64,000 bases of DNA from Octopus bimaculoides (GCF_001194135.2 NC_068981.1:84198512-84262511); one strand, 5' to 3'; counted from the stretch's first letter, positions 1 to 13,465 are shown. Translations and numbers: made by a program. The notes: generated by a model from the sequence alone, not told the origin.

Positions 1-485
1 GGAGAGAGAGAGACGGAGAGAGATAGAGAGGGAGAGAGAGTGACTGTATTTCCTCATAAAATATAGAGAAACAGTTGTCTTTTGATGTAATTTTTTTGGC
101 TGTGGATTATTTTAATACAATATGTGTACATTTTCATAAATGTTTGTCCGAGTAGAATTCTATGCATGCGTGAAACGGCGGACGAAAGTGAAACATCTGA
201 TACAAATTGCAATATTGTCCGAAAATGACCTCAAAATTGTGCGGCTTGCGTAGTTGCCGAGGTTATTTTAGTTGTAAAAAAGAGTTGTTGAGTGAAAAAC
301 ATAGTCTATGTGGTAGATAAATAATAAGCAGCAGCTATGTTTCGATATAACTCTCAAAGTTGTCAACGAACTGTCATCCGGATCAGCTGTTTTGTCCGTA
401 AAAATTTTTTATTTAATTACTTTTGTTTTAAAGTGAGAGAGGAGAAAGTAAAAAAATGTATGAACGTATATATGAAATGGACGTG

Positions 486-800
486 TGTGGGAGAGGGAGA
501 GAGAGTGAGTGAGTGAGTGAGTGAGTGCCACTTACACATACATGAGAACACACATGTTCACTCACTCACTCTTTCTCTCTCTCTCTCTCTCGCACGCACA
601 CATGTACATACAAAAAAGATGTATGCATATATATTGATGTACGTACGTATACATGACAACACACTCCATCAGTCGCTCTCTCTCTCTCTTTCTCTTTTCC
701 TCTCTCTATCTTTCTCCCTTTCCGTTTCTCTATCTTACTCCCTTTCTGTCTCTCTATCTTTCTCCCTTCCTCTGTTCCTCTCTCTCTCTCTCTCACACAC
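486..800. repeat. Compound (GA)/(GAGT)/(CT)n microsatellite
   Basis: Direct reading; explains ORFs 517..837, 566..802 and 653..871. Confidence 0.95.
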
Positions 801-1747
801 ACACATCTATTTCATATACACTTACATACAACTTTAATTTTCTCCTCTCTTTCATTTTAAAACAAATGTAAATAAAAAAAAAGTTTACGGAAATTAACGA
901 ACGCAGATGACAGCTCTACAAGTCAAAACGAAAGATCGCCTAAGCAACTTTGTTTATTATAATACAGATGTGACTAATGTGGAGAAACATTACTTTTATT
1001 ATTCACACATCATCAGTCTCGTAATCGAACACTTTTGGTTGAAATTGAAAGTGTGAAACTATTTTCAATTGCTAATTAAACCTAGTCGTTGTAACTTTTA
1101 ATATCAGAGCGTTTCACTGTCGGGTTGGGAAAGTCACATACATATACTAAGACACACACCGACATACATTAACGCACACCTCAAGCCTATCTCTCTCTGT
1201 GTGTGTGTTTGTCTGTCTGTGTCTTTAGAATTGTGTGCGTGTGTGTGTACAGTCGTCACAAAAATGTAAGTATACTAACAGACACTAACACCGTCACACA
1301 TATACTTGTGAGTCATCGGCCTAACGTACGAAACGAATGCGCAAAGAAATATAGAAAATGTGACGTCATCGTCGTTGTGGCGGTGGGGTGGGTGAGATGT
1401 CGCTTACGATAGGTGACTAAAAGAAAAATGATAATCTTAAATTTTTGTAACGCAAATAAGTGAATGAAAATATAGTTTAGTTGGTAGCGAAAAGCTTACT
1501 GAATCTTTTGATACCCCATACGTCAAAAACGACAACTCGGTTTCGGAATGCCTAAGGAAAACACGCACACACACACACACATATACAAACTCTCTTATAT
1601 ATATATATATCTTCATACATCCCTGAATGTAAAGAAAATTTTAATACATAAAGTTCAAGCAGAGTTAAACTCTCGTTTGCATGTCATGTTACATATACTC
1701 ACACACTCATTTCAAGCACACAAAAACAAGCAAGGTATAGAAAGAAA

Positions 1748-1794
1748 ATGCACACACACACGCACACACACACACACATACACACACACACACA

Positions 1795-1832
<38 letters not shown>

Positions 1833-2286
1833 NNNNNNNNNNNNNNNNNNNNNNNNNNNNNNNNNNNNNNNNNNNNNNNNNNNNNNNNNNNNNNNNNNNN
1901 NNNNNNNNNNNNNNNNNNNNNNNNNNNNNNNNNNNNNNNNNNNNNNNNNNNNNNNNNNNNNNNNNNNNNNNNNNNNNNNNNNNNNNNNNNNNNNNNNNNN
2001 NNNNNNNNNNNNNNNNNNNNNNNNNNNNNNNNNNNNNNNNNNNNNNNNNNNNNNNNNNNNNNNNNNNNNNNNNNNNNNNNNNNNNNNNNNNNNNNNNNNN
2101 NNNNNNNNNNNNNNNNNNNNNNNNNNNNNNNNNNNNNNNNNNNNNNNNNNNNNNNNNNNNNNNNNNNNNNNNNNNNNNNNNNNNNNNNNNNNNNNNNNNN
2201 NNNNNNNNNNNNNNNNNNNNNNNNNNNNNNNNNNNNNNNNNNNNNNNNNNNNNNNNNNNNNNNNNNNNNNNNNNNNNNNNNNNNNN

Positions 2287-2364
<78 letters not shown>

Positions 2365-2370
2365 ATCTAT
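1748..2370. repeat. (CA)n - N gap - (TA)n/(TG)n/(TATG)n microsatellites
   Basis: Simple repeats on both sides of assembly gap 1833-2286. Confidence 0.95.
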
Positions 2371-2883
2371 ATATAGGATATACCATCATATAATAAATGA
2401 CATGAAACGATATCCTAAAATATAATAGAATATACATACGTATAAATATCATTAATAGTTAGAAATAAATTTAAATATATTGGTCTTAAATTTAAATAGA
2501 TTGGTTTTAATTTTCTACCTTATCATATCTTTTAATTTTTACATTGGTTTCAATTCATAAAAAACATCTATATCTGTTTTTTCTGTTATTTTTATTATTT
2601 TGCCCCACCTCTACCACGCTCTGTCACAAGTAACCAACATTATCCTCAGCAGCAGCAGTAGCATCTTCATCGACATCCTCATCCTACACTTTCTCCTCCT
2701 TCTCTTCCCCCCCTCCTCCATATCATCATCATCGTTATTAACATGTTTGCATTTGTCGTTGGCACCGTCGCTATTACGAGTGTTCTTTCAATGTACACTA
2801 ACTGTCGTGAAAAATAATGAAATTTCAATATTTGTGCCTATGATAGAAACTACTATTATTATTGCTCTTATAATTGTCATTCT

Positions 2884-2918
2884 TATTATTGTTGTGGTTG
2901 TTATTATTATTATTATTA

Positions 2919-3003
<85 letters not shown>
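2884..3003. repeat. (TTA)n array; the (TAA)n tail or target of the adjacent R4/Dong element
   Basis: About 35 TTA units abutting the 3' UTR of the minus-strand LINE. Confidence 0.95.
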
Positions 3004-3880
3004 TCCTTCGTAACACAGTGTAGGCAAAAATGCACGAGAGACTTTAGTCATCTGTCAAGTCACAACAAGGACCTCAGACAGATAATACTTTCCTTAACAT
3101 GTGCCCTGTGCCCAATAAGGTTGCTTTTTGCAAGATATCAATTTTGCATGGGATTTCCAGTTGCCTTAAGAAATTTTGAAGTTTCAATGGGATTGAGCCC
3201 AACGCTCCGATCAGCAGTCTGCATGTTATACTTAACTGAATTGGTAGCGGTAGCAGCAATGATCAGGCTTTTAGTGGTACGCTTCAAAAACACCTCGCTC
3301 AAGCCATGCCCACGATGTTGTATTATCCTTAACGTCTTATGTCTTCCTTTCAAACTGTCCAAGCATTCTCATTTCAAGGTCTTCTCCTCAGCTCTTTGGT
3401 TAAACTCTTCCTTGCCCATCATTTCATCTGCATTTACACCCATATCTTTCGCGGCATATTGCCGCAGGTCTTCATCACTATTCATCAAATACCCGGCAAG
3501 TGTTCTCCTTTCCCTCCTTATACAATGGTCTATACTAATTAGTCCTCTGCCACCATTCTTCCTTTTCATATACAGTCTGTTTACGTTTGCTTTAGGGTGT
3601 AGCGCCCCATGCAGCGACTTCAACTTTCTCGTCCTTCTTTCCAGTGTTGACATTTCCTCCTCAGTCAATTGAGTGTGGATGCACTGTATCTGACCACTGC
3701 AACTGCCCAGATATTCATTGTGGTAATCAAATTTTTGGTATTCAGATTGGATTTCCACGCCATCTTCACACATTTTTGATACGCCTCGCTAACCTTGACT
3801 TTCATTTCTCTGTGTAGAATGTCATCCAGCTCCAAAACCCCTAAATATCTAAACCCACCACCGTCGGGTTTACCCATAGT
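3004..3880 (-). mobile_element. R4/Dong-clade non-LTR retrotransposon, 5'-truncated and internally deleted
   Basis: Minus-strand translation gives YLGVLE..., WAVAVVRYS, LERRTRK, LHPKANVNRLYMKRKNGGRGLISI and C-terminal LIGALG...LQKATLLGTGHMLRKVL, then a short 3' UTR and (TAA)n. These match the thumb and C-terminal motifs of R4/Dong REL elements; frameshifts are present. Confidence 0.85.
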
Positions 3881-5310
3881 TTCTCTTTATATATTTTCAT
3901 TCGATTCTGTCGTCTAACGCTAAAAGAAATGATAAATGACTACTTCCTTCTTCGGATCCGCCGCTCAGCAAGATTAAAATATATATACAAAGCAATTACA
4001 ACACAAGAAGATCATTAATGAATATATATTAATAAGTACGAACGAATGACTGAGAATGCAAACGAAAATGACACATTCGGAGAAATGCAGTACACGAAAG
4101 CTTTTGAGAACAATAGCAATAACAATAATATGCACAAGCACTCAGTATGGAGTATTTTGCTGAAAAGCGAAAGTATAGTAATTTGTTATTCATTAGACAG
4201 CGGCCAGATTTCAACAATCAGTCACAGAGGCCCGCTAGAGTATGACAGTAACGTACCTCTACCTATCCAAGGACACAGCACTTTTCTTTTCTACGTGAAC
4301 ACATTTACATACCGCCCTGGTTGATATTCTCAGTAAATCTTACTGCGTTGTTAAGTGGAGGGAATATTACAGTATAGTGTCATCTTTAAAATTGAAGATG
4401 GGACGAAAGCACGGCTACAATAATACGTGGCACACCTGACCACAAGCTGATCCCACAATTTCCGGAAGAGGGAACGTAAGGACCACCGTCAGAGACGAGG
4501 GACTTCATGTTGACTCTTGGCTTGTGGTCCACTTAATGGTTAAATATGGGTTGGTGGTCATTTCAAATGTAACGTCTGGTGAAATATGGTTGGATGGGAT
4601 GACCATGGACATATAAGTCCACATGATTACACAGGACACAAACCAGTACCAGAAAAATATCCTGCAGAATGCGCCCAATTTTAGGACCTTAAAACTCAAA
4701 ATTCAAAGAGGAAGACTCAGCTTGTTACACGGTTAGAAACAAAGCCATTAAAAAAAAAGCTTTCTTTTGTTGCGAGAAAGTATAACAGAATAAAAGCAAC
4801 ATGAACAACTAATGGATGGTTGTCTCCTAGAAGCAATTCGTGAGTCAGTAGATAAAATTGCTACATCTCCATTACTGGAAGTAAACTATGAGGCCGAAAA
4901 CCCCACTCTCTCAACACAACTAGTGAACAAAATGAGAATCGCTCATATCAACAACAACTCTTATTGGTAATCGAACGATAAGCTACACTTATCGCAGAAT
5001 TACACCTCCATTTATAAGGACGGTTAATAGATGGATGCTAAAAGGGATAAGCAGTCTATCTTTAAAAAAAGGAATAATGATTCAATTTCTGTAGATTGAG
5101 GGAGGAGAATAAGAAGTCGACACTTGCATCAGTGGTCAAGATCCCTGTCTTTTTTTTAGGTTCTTATAAGATTTTTTTTTTTTTAGGATTCCCACGACGG
5201 AAATTGAAAGTTTCCTCACTTTAGGAGACGTATTTCAATATAATATAACTGTACATTGTACCGTCTGGTACCGACCTCGATCTTTATGTAAATCGTTATT
5301 GGTGAATAAA

Positions 5311-5518
5311 GAAGCAGTTCGAGCTGGCGGAGTCGTTAGCCCCTCAGACAAAATAGTTTAAGGCATTTTTGGCCCCAATCTTTATGGTCTGAGTTCAAGT
5401 TCCACCCGGATTGACTTTGCTTTTCATTGTTCTGAGGTTAAATCAAGTACTAGGTCGATATGAACGACATACATCTTCCTATAAAATTGCTCGCCTTGTT
5501 CCAAAATTCGAAATAATT
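5311..5518 (+). mobile_element. tRNA-derived SINE family A, diverged
   Basis: GAGCTGGCGGAGTCGTTAGC head, GAGTTCAAGTTCC B box, GACTTTGCTTTTCAT body and CCTTGTTCCAAAATTCGAAA tail, as in the other A copies. Confidence 0.8.
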
Positions 5519-7740
5519 GTTATCCTTATCAACAGCAACATCATTCCTGAAACCATAGTTTCATCATCATAGTCAGCATCGATTTTTGAACGAAACGAAC
5601 AATATGCATAGGTGTATGTGTATGCGTATATGCTGTGTATATGCGTATGTGACTGGGTATGTGCGTACGTGTTCTTGTGTGAATAATTTATATTTGCGTT
5701 CACTGTTTCAAAATATAGTTGTGAATATCCTCGTAAATACTTATAAATGTTGTTAATGTTTGTGCACTTGTTCGAAAATACATGAAGACAATCAATCAGA
5801 TATGACATAAAAGCCTTAGGCAACGGAAACACACATCTATTACAGATATCAAGTTTATCGTATTCCACACACACACGCACAAACGATATTCACACACGCA
5901 CCTGTTTCTGCATCTGTCAACATACGTGTGCGTGAGCGTGCGCACGCGTGCTGTGTACGTATATATATATGCATATATGAATGTGTGTGTGTGTGTGTAT
6001 ATATATACACACTTACACGCACAAATACATACACATATACGTATGAGTTGGTAAATATGGACACATACACATACATTGCATATATGCATGCGTTTGTGTA
6101 AGTGCTTGTGTGTGTATTTGCGTATGTGTTATAAATTCTTGAGATACTTTAGTGAATTTGAAAGAACATGTTATTTGCATCGTAGCTTATTGAAAAGAAC
6201 AGAAAAAAATTTTAAACGATTTTGGAAGATAATTTCTAAAGATACAAGAATGTTTGTTTGTCTTTTTGTGCAATGATGTAAGACATTTGTGAGAGTGTTA
6301 TGTTATAATAAGAGAAGCATGGCTAAAATGGACTAGCACATAACAGTGAAATGTTATATCACGAAATATTCCTCCTATCGGAACTACAACGATTAAGATT
6401 ATAACAAATACTCTATAAGAACCCCCAGCAATTCTTTCACCTACATTAATTGCATATGTTTGTGTATCTGATACATTCCCTGAATATATACATCTTATCC
6501 TGTATTTATAATTTCCTAAAAAGTATGTTGTAAAGATGTACGCTATAGTTTAATGTTAACTGTGTGTTTAATATTATAATTCAACCCCCATATAATCAAT
6601 CACTCGTTCAATAGATTTAATTGCTTTTTAAATGCCGCTGGCTTATCGAGTATTGATATACCTAAGCAATGAATCGCGATATGAATTTGACCAAAATCGC
6701 AGAGAAGGTGATATATTAGATATTTCAGGACCTTGTCAGCTGTAAGAATTGTGACTGCATGCACGGAATATGTAACACAGCAAAAATAGTTTTATTCTTG
6801 CATGAGCAATACAGAGTGAATCAAAAACAGAGGAAGACATTTGAATATTAGATAAATCTGATTGTGAGAGAAATATAAAAGTGTAAACCTATTCCTTTTA
6901 TGCTGTTTTTAATTTACTAAAAAAAAATGTGCAAGTTTCCTGACTGATCATTTTAAGATTAGTTGACCACTCCTCACAGAAGATATACACAGCATAGCGT
7001 TTTTCGATTCTATATAAAACAGTCATAACCTAGACCATAATAGCAGTAGAAAGTTTCAATTGAATATTTGTGCTTTTGCCATTTCGTCATGAATTAGATA
7101 ATATATATCTAATGCACAACGCAACATGAATCTAAGTCGTGGTAAAAATTTAAATAAGAGAATAGTTAAAATGAACTAGCACATAGAAAACTTGACTTTC
7201 TGTTTGAGTTGCGATCAAAAAACCATGAACCAGTCCATCTGGAGACTCCTCAACTTGTATTAAAGGCAGGAAGTAAAGTAATTACATTCGCATATTTCTC
7301 TCACAACTAGACTTTCTCATATTAGTTTTTTTCATCTTTCATTTTAGCTATAGTATGTTTTCTATTAACATAATTTACTTACGTTTTCTGTAAGCATGAT
7401 TTAGTTCTGCTCCAGCCTGTCCACCCAGTATTTTATATTAATATACATTGGTACGCTAACAATTTGACTTAAACCCATATAAAACTTTACAAATTTCTGA
7501 TATTCTTCAATTACCTACGCTGAGTTAGATTCGATGTCTGTGAATATCTTTCACACATTTTCAATTTCAGTCGAACGAATCGATCCCAGTACATATTTTC
7601 TTTTTAAACCTTGTAAATATTTCATCGGTTTTTCTTGCTGAATAGATTAAGTTATGGGGACATAAACACACCATCACCGGTTGTCAAGTAGTAATGGGAG
7701 ACAAACACAGACACAAAGACACACACAAACACGCTCTCAC

Positions 7741-7778
<38 letters not shown>

Positions 7779-7869
7779 CGGATCATTAGTAATATATTTA
7801 AAAGAAAAGATGTTTCTCTGTATGTCTTGTTACGTATGCCCGGCGATACCCATTAACCGGTTATAGCGT

Positions 7870-8300
7870 TTTCCGGACCGGACTACCTGTTTATGCGCAT
7901 GCGCAAAAGAAAAACTTACCGTCAACGCTATTTGAAATTCTTACTTCGCGCATCAATCTTACGATCTATTCACACAATTCCATTTGCTTTTGTGATATAA
8001 GACATCTAGAAATATTTATTGCATAGTGTTTACTCTATGTCGGATATTACGAATGTGAAAAAAAAATACCTTTTCAAATTTCACCCACCCACCCAATTTA
8101 GAATTTTGATTTTGTTTACCTTAAAGAGATCGTAGCGAATTGACGAAGAGGGAAGTAAAACTTCATCATTTTATTCATTTATTAAGTTTTTCTTCCCCCT
8201 TCTCCATATAACGCCATATTGTCACGTGTTTTACATATTTTAATTCTACATGGAAAGTTTAATATTTGTGGTCACGAATAAACGCCATTTTGTCACATGA
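7870..8300 (-). promoter_or_regulatory. Candidate housekeeping-type promoter and 5' UTR exon(s)
   Basis: Two copies of ACGCCATWTT-GTCACRTG (YY1 plus E-box; 8211-8228, 8282-8299), a perfect NRF1 palindrome TGCGCATGCGCA (7894-7905), ETS-like TTCCGG (7871-7876), and minus-strand donors AAG|GTAAAC (8120) and ACG|GTAAGT (7920). Confidence 0.4.
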
Positions 8301-8862
8301 TACACTTTGTATAAATTCTATGCTTCATGGGTAATACTACAGTCAACAAAGAATCTTCGATAAGATAAGTGATGTTGTTCCTTTTATTAATACTGTTGAA
8401 CGTCCGAATTCATTTAATAGCTAATAACACTATTTTTATATGTTTTCCTATTCTTAATCTACAGAAAGTATTTCTTCATTAGACGAATTATGCCTCTAAC
8501 TTGACAAATGATTATTATTATAAAACCTTGACATTTTATGTATTGTACTAATAATTGCACACATATGCACACATACCTGGTGCTACTTCTGATGAAGCAG
8601 GTACATATTGCTTGTAGTTGTTGTTGCAGTTGTTGCTTCTGTTGCCACTCTTGTTGCTGTCATTATTGGTGTTACTGAGCCTGGAACTTACTTGATTGAG
8701 TGGTTAAATGTAGATGGATTGGATGAGAAATACATTGCTTTATAGTGGAGTTTCAGAGTATATTCTAGCTAGTTTTAAAACTTTGAGAAAAGAATGTTTT
8801 GTATTAGTTAATTCTGAAGAAAATAGTTTTGCTGTTCCCGCTGAGATCAATGATTTTTTGAA

Positions 8863-8902
8863 CAGCTGTAAATCGATGAATGCAGCTGTAAATCGATGAA
8901 TG
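8863..8902. repeat. Perfect 20-bp tandem duplication CAGCTGTAAATCGATGAATG x2
   Basis: Direct reading. Confidence 0.95.
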
Positions 8903-9926
8903 CTTATGGAGAAGCTCCTGTGGTCCCACGTCCTGCACAATTTAAGAAGACTGAGATTATGAATTATAACCTTATTATTGTTGCAATTAATTCAGGTTCA
9001 TTTATTTTAAGGATACATAGAATGAACCAACCACACAGCTTTATGCAGAGTCAGATGTGGTCTTTAAAGTTGGTTTTTCATTTAATTATTATCAGCAAAC
9101 AAGATTTCATTTGCAAGTCTCCGCGATCTTTCAAAGTATCGTGGTTATCATCATGAAAAATAGTTTGCATTTTCCGCGTCACCATCATGTCTGTCATCGA
9201 CCACAAGCCATTTCAGCTTAACCATAGAACATGAAAAAATGGTTAGTTGTGGTTGGCACAAATCGACATTTATTGCTTTTGTCAATATTGTAAGTTTTAC
9301 AATTGTTGTTGTTGTTTCATGCTCGGTATATGGATGTGACAATGATGGGTGGGGACATGATAGAAATGGCAGTGGTCACGTTCTTCTTCCGTTATCATCA
9401 CTACTGGTTGCTACCTCTATCATTGAAATGATGACAGCCAATTGTAACACGCGAACAACTAACAGCCAGTTGACAGACATGAAAGTTGCTGCTATCTTCA
9501 CTTCGAGGTCAATGACAGCATAAATTTGGGAAAGGTCACAAATGGTGAATTCAAAGCTGATGTGAGGAGTATTTATGATGTCTCGAAAGCCCATCGCTTT
9601 CCGATCTTCATCATTATTTGTATATGTGTTTATATGAGCATGTTTGTGTTTTTTTTGTTTTTGTTTTTTGCTGAAATTTGTATCTCTTTGAAGGGAGTGA
9701 AAAAGAGAGAACAGAGAGACCGTGTTAAAGTACTCTACAGACACGCGCGCGCAAAACAGTACTGACACACACTTCTGTATTTGTGTGTCGATGTGTGTAT
9801 GCTCTTACACAATTGCGTAATTGTATATATATATATATCTATACATAATGTGTGTGGGTATATATATGTGTGTGTATACATAAACATACATTACAACATA
9901 AACACACACATACATATGAAGAGAGA

Positions 9927-9967
9927 GAGACAGACAGACAGACAGACAAACAGATAGATAGATAGAC

Positions 9968-10018
<51 letters not shown>
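9927..10018. repeat. (GA)n/(GACA)n/(GATA)n microsatellite
   Basis: Direct reading. Confidence 0.95.
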
Positions 10019-10334
10019 TACATACGTAAATTCATACATACAACCATACACACACGCACACAAACATATATACAGACATGCACATACCTAGAACTAGCTC
10101 ATTACAAACGAAGAGATATATGTATGTATAAATGTTAACGTTCTCGCATCTCGACACGTCCATTCAAATTTTACCATGTTTTATAACACTGGCCGTGTTT
10201 GTTTTACTGTGGATTTCTTTCTTTCGTATCCAGCTCCACTTGCCCATTTGAAAACTGTTCGCTAGCGTCTGTCCGGCACATGTCAACTAATCTATGGTTA
10301 GGCTCGACAGATGGAGTAGTGACAGAATTCCTAC

Positions 10335-10368
10335 CTTTTATGGATGAATGAATATCTTAATGTGAAAA
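10335..10368 (-). CDS. Candidate 34-nt internal exon, xFTLRYSFIHKx
   Basis: Long pyrimidine tract plus CTCCAG acceptor and AAAG|GTAGGA donor; only one of three frames is open. Confidence 0.2.
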
Positions 10369-10789
10369 CTGGAGAAAAAGAAAAAAAAAGAGGCGGCGTA
10401 GGAAAAGGTGGGGTTAATATGTTCTATGTTGAGAGAGAAATGAAAAATGTTAAATGAAAGCGGAGGGAAAGTAACTAATTGAAAAAGAAGAGAAGAGAAT
10501 TATAAAAGAGGTAGAAGAAGCAGATGTAGGTAGTTGATGGTGGGCAAGGTAAAACAGTTTTGTTTGGGTTTTTTGTTTTGGTTTATTTTTTAATGGTGGA
10601 TGGGATATTGGAGCGGGAATGGGTAGGAATAGGGTGTTGTACAGAATCTGTATGATGTAGGTTGATGATGTCGAAGGGGAGGCGGTGATAAGTGTTGGTT
10701 GCAATGTTAAGGGGAAAGGGGAGAAAAAAAGGGATCACAAAGGTGCAGCGACAGCAGTTGGAAGCAACAGCAGCAACGGCAGAGCGAGA

Positions 10790-11314
10790 AAGAGAAGAAG
10801 AAGAAGAAGAAGAAGAAGAAGAAGAAGAAGAAGAAGAAGAAGGAAGAGGACGAGGAGGAGGAGAAGAAGAAGAAGAAGAAGAAGAAGAANNNNNNNNNNN
10901 NNNNNNNNNNNNNNNNNNNNNNNNNNNNNNNNNNNNNNNNNNNNNNNNNNNNNNNNNNNNNNNNNNNNNNNNNNNNNNNNNNNNNNNNNNNNNNNNNNNN
11001 NNNNNNNNNNNNNNNNNNNNNNNNNNNNNNNNNNNNNNNNNNNNNNNNNNNNNNNNNNNNNNNNNNNNNNNNNNNNNNNNNNNNNNNNNNNNNNNNNNNN
11101 NNNNNNNNNNNNNNNNNNNNNNNNNNNNNNNNNNNNNNNNNNNNNNNNNNNNNNNNNNNNNNNNNNNNNNNNNNNNNNNNNNNNNNNNNNNNNNNNNNNN
11201 NNNNNNNNNNNNNNNNNNNNAGAAGAAGAAGAAGAAGAAGAAGAAGAAGGAGGAGGAGGAGGAGGAGAAGAAGAAGAAGAAGAAGAAGAAGAACAACAAC
11301 AACAACAACAACAA
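10790..11314. repeat. (GAA)n/(GAG)n/(CAA)n triplet arrays spanning an N gap
   Basis: Direct reading; source of the poly-R/E/K ORFs. Confidence 0.95.
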
Positions 11315-12054
11315 GACGATCTCCCTCAACCTAGGTTTATTTAACGTATAAACTGTGGACGTTTATTGAAATTTTACTAAACTAAAAAAACTCATTGGGC
11401 GTCACCTGGTGGTGACCTGACGTACTAATCTGTGTGTAGACGCCTTTGGAGTCATAAATAAGTATGTCGGTTGCGATAGAGGCAAGGGAGACATTTTGGT
11501 ATATGGAAACATGTGTCAGGAACAATGGTAACGATAAGAGAGAGAGATGTCAACATTTCGGTGATTAGAGTCACAAAAAGAATTATTGCTTATTGTGAAA
11601 GCTTGGCACAAGAGATATGGAAAGTGTTTTGTTATGTAGTCTTTGTCAATGTGGTTACTGATCTTGTTGCTGGTGTTCTTATTTATTGTGGCTGTCTTTC
11701 TCATTTTTATTCAGATATAGGCAAGAAGACAGCTTAATAATTGTATAGATAATGCATATATGATGGCGTCGGTACAAGAGCTGAAGTAGCGCAAACGGAT
11801 GAGTACTGGAAGAAATAATTTACGATGCCTGATTTGGTTGTTTATATATTAAAGTTCAAACTGCGCTCAACACAATGTCTTACATCATTCCCGAGTCGAT
11901 AACGTAGGCATCTAGTAATTAACTAATGAATCTAACTCATTTTACAGCTACTTCTAGATGCAGATTATATTCTCATCTTTTCTTTAATAGTTAATTAAAA
12001 CAATTGCTCTTTTATTCAACGTAGGAGCAGAATTGAAATAAGGTAGTAATATCT

Positions 12055-12439
12055 TGTTGTTGGCACTCCGTCGCTTACGACGTCGAGGGTTCCAGCTGAT
12101 CCGATCAACAGAACAGCCTGCTCGTGAAATTAACGTGCAAGTGGCTGAGCACTCCACAGACACGTGTACCCTTAACGTAGTTCTCGGGGATATTCAGCGT
12201 GACACAGTGTGACAAGGCTGACCCTTTGAATTACAGACACAACAGAAACAGGAAGTAAGAGTGAGAGAAAGTTGTGGTGGAAGAGTACAGCAGGGTTCGC
12301 CACCATCCCCTGCCGGAGCCTCTTGGAGATTTAGGTGTTTTCGCTCAATAAACACTCACAACGCCCGGTCTGGGAATCGAAACCGTGATCCTATGACCAC
12401 GAGTCCGCTGCCCTAACCACTGGGCTATTGCGACTCCAC
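12055..12439 (-). mobile_element. tRNA-derived SINE family C, full length, long tail ending ...GACGGAGTGCCAACAACAA
   Basis: A box TAGCCCAGTGG and B box GTTTCGATTCC on the minus strand; near-identical to the copies at 31.8 and 41.4 kb; flanking AATATCT duplication. Confidence 0.95.
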
Positions 12440-12939
12440 GGCAATATCTATCTTACAATAAATATACTCTTCCTGCCTTAGAATTTACGATTATTTTTCT
12501 ACAACCAATTTGAAAACTACCATTTATATTTCCACACAACTTGAAGTAGTTTTAGAGACGGCAGTGTGGTTTCAATAAACCTTTTTTGCCTTTCTAGCAT
12601 GGCAAATGTTATGTAGAAGTCCTATCGTTGGATTGACCCTATTTGGTTATAGAGTTGATTAAATGAATAGAGAATTTTCAGGTCAATTAACAAAAGTTAG
12701 TATTGGTATTGCGAGATGCACTAAATTCAATGATTTACTTTTTTTATTGAGGTGACAGTACTGAAACAAGAAAGCCACATATTTTCAAAGAGGAAATGGT
12801 GATGGATCAAACAGAATGCCTGCAGTAGAGGCAGTGCTGTTCTGAGATCAATATTACCTCGTTTCTAAGCTTCATATATAAATATCAGCATGTCTATATA
12901 ATTTTAATAAATGTAATTATATGATTAAGAAGTCTTTTT

Positions 12940-13280
12940 CGATACTATGCAGTTTTAGGCTAAAACTCACTGCGTGGCAATCTGGGCTTGTGTCTCCCTT
13001 AAAATCCAGGACCGACCAATGGTTTGTGAGTAAATTTGATTGACGAAAACTGTACAGAAGTCCATCGTACAAATAGATAAATAAATACGTGTGGATATAT
13101 ATGTGATGCATCATTGTAGATGAAAAATGTTTGCTTCTTTACGTCCCCGTAATTTAGAAGTTCGACAAAAGAGATATTTAGAATATGTAGGAGAGATATA
13201 AAATAAATCCTGAAATCCTGGAGATAATTTCATCGACTTAAACCGATTAAAACTGCACCCCAATGGTTGAAACCAGTGAA
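12940..13280 (+). mobile_element. SINE family B (CORE-like), highly diverged
   Basis: CACTGCGTGGCA...GACCAATGGTTTGTGAGT...TTTACGTCCCCGTAATTTAG matches B copies. Confidence 0.65.
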
Positions 13281-13465
13281 GGAATATATTCTTCCTCTAA
13301 AAGAAATGTGTTAGATTCTTGATTTAAGGAACCATTTTCTGTAGCTCTACAACATTAAATTAAAATTATTAGGTCCCATATATTCGATGCAACCACCAAC
13401 GAAGTGTTTCCTAAGTATATTTCAGAAAGACATCACTGCAAAGATCGGATTCAATATTTTTCTAT

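Noticed and set aside
4200-5130. More complex, slightly GC-richer tract with protein-like snippets (DEGLHVDSWLVVHLMVKYG; MRIAHINNNS)
   Set aside because: All frames have many stops and no family could be assigned consistently. It may be a decayed gene or TE and needs BLASTX.
6630-6845. SH3-like (REGDILDI) and EGF-like (CKNCDCMHGIC) snippets
   Set aside because: They lie in different frames with no coherent splice structure and are likely chance.
8585-8620. CTGATGA followed by a short hairpin
   Set aside because: No GAAA box follows, so it is not a hammerhead.
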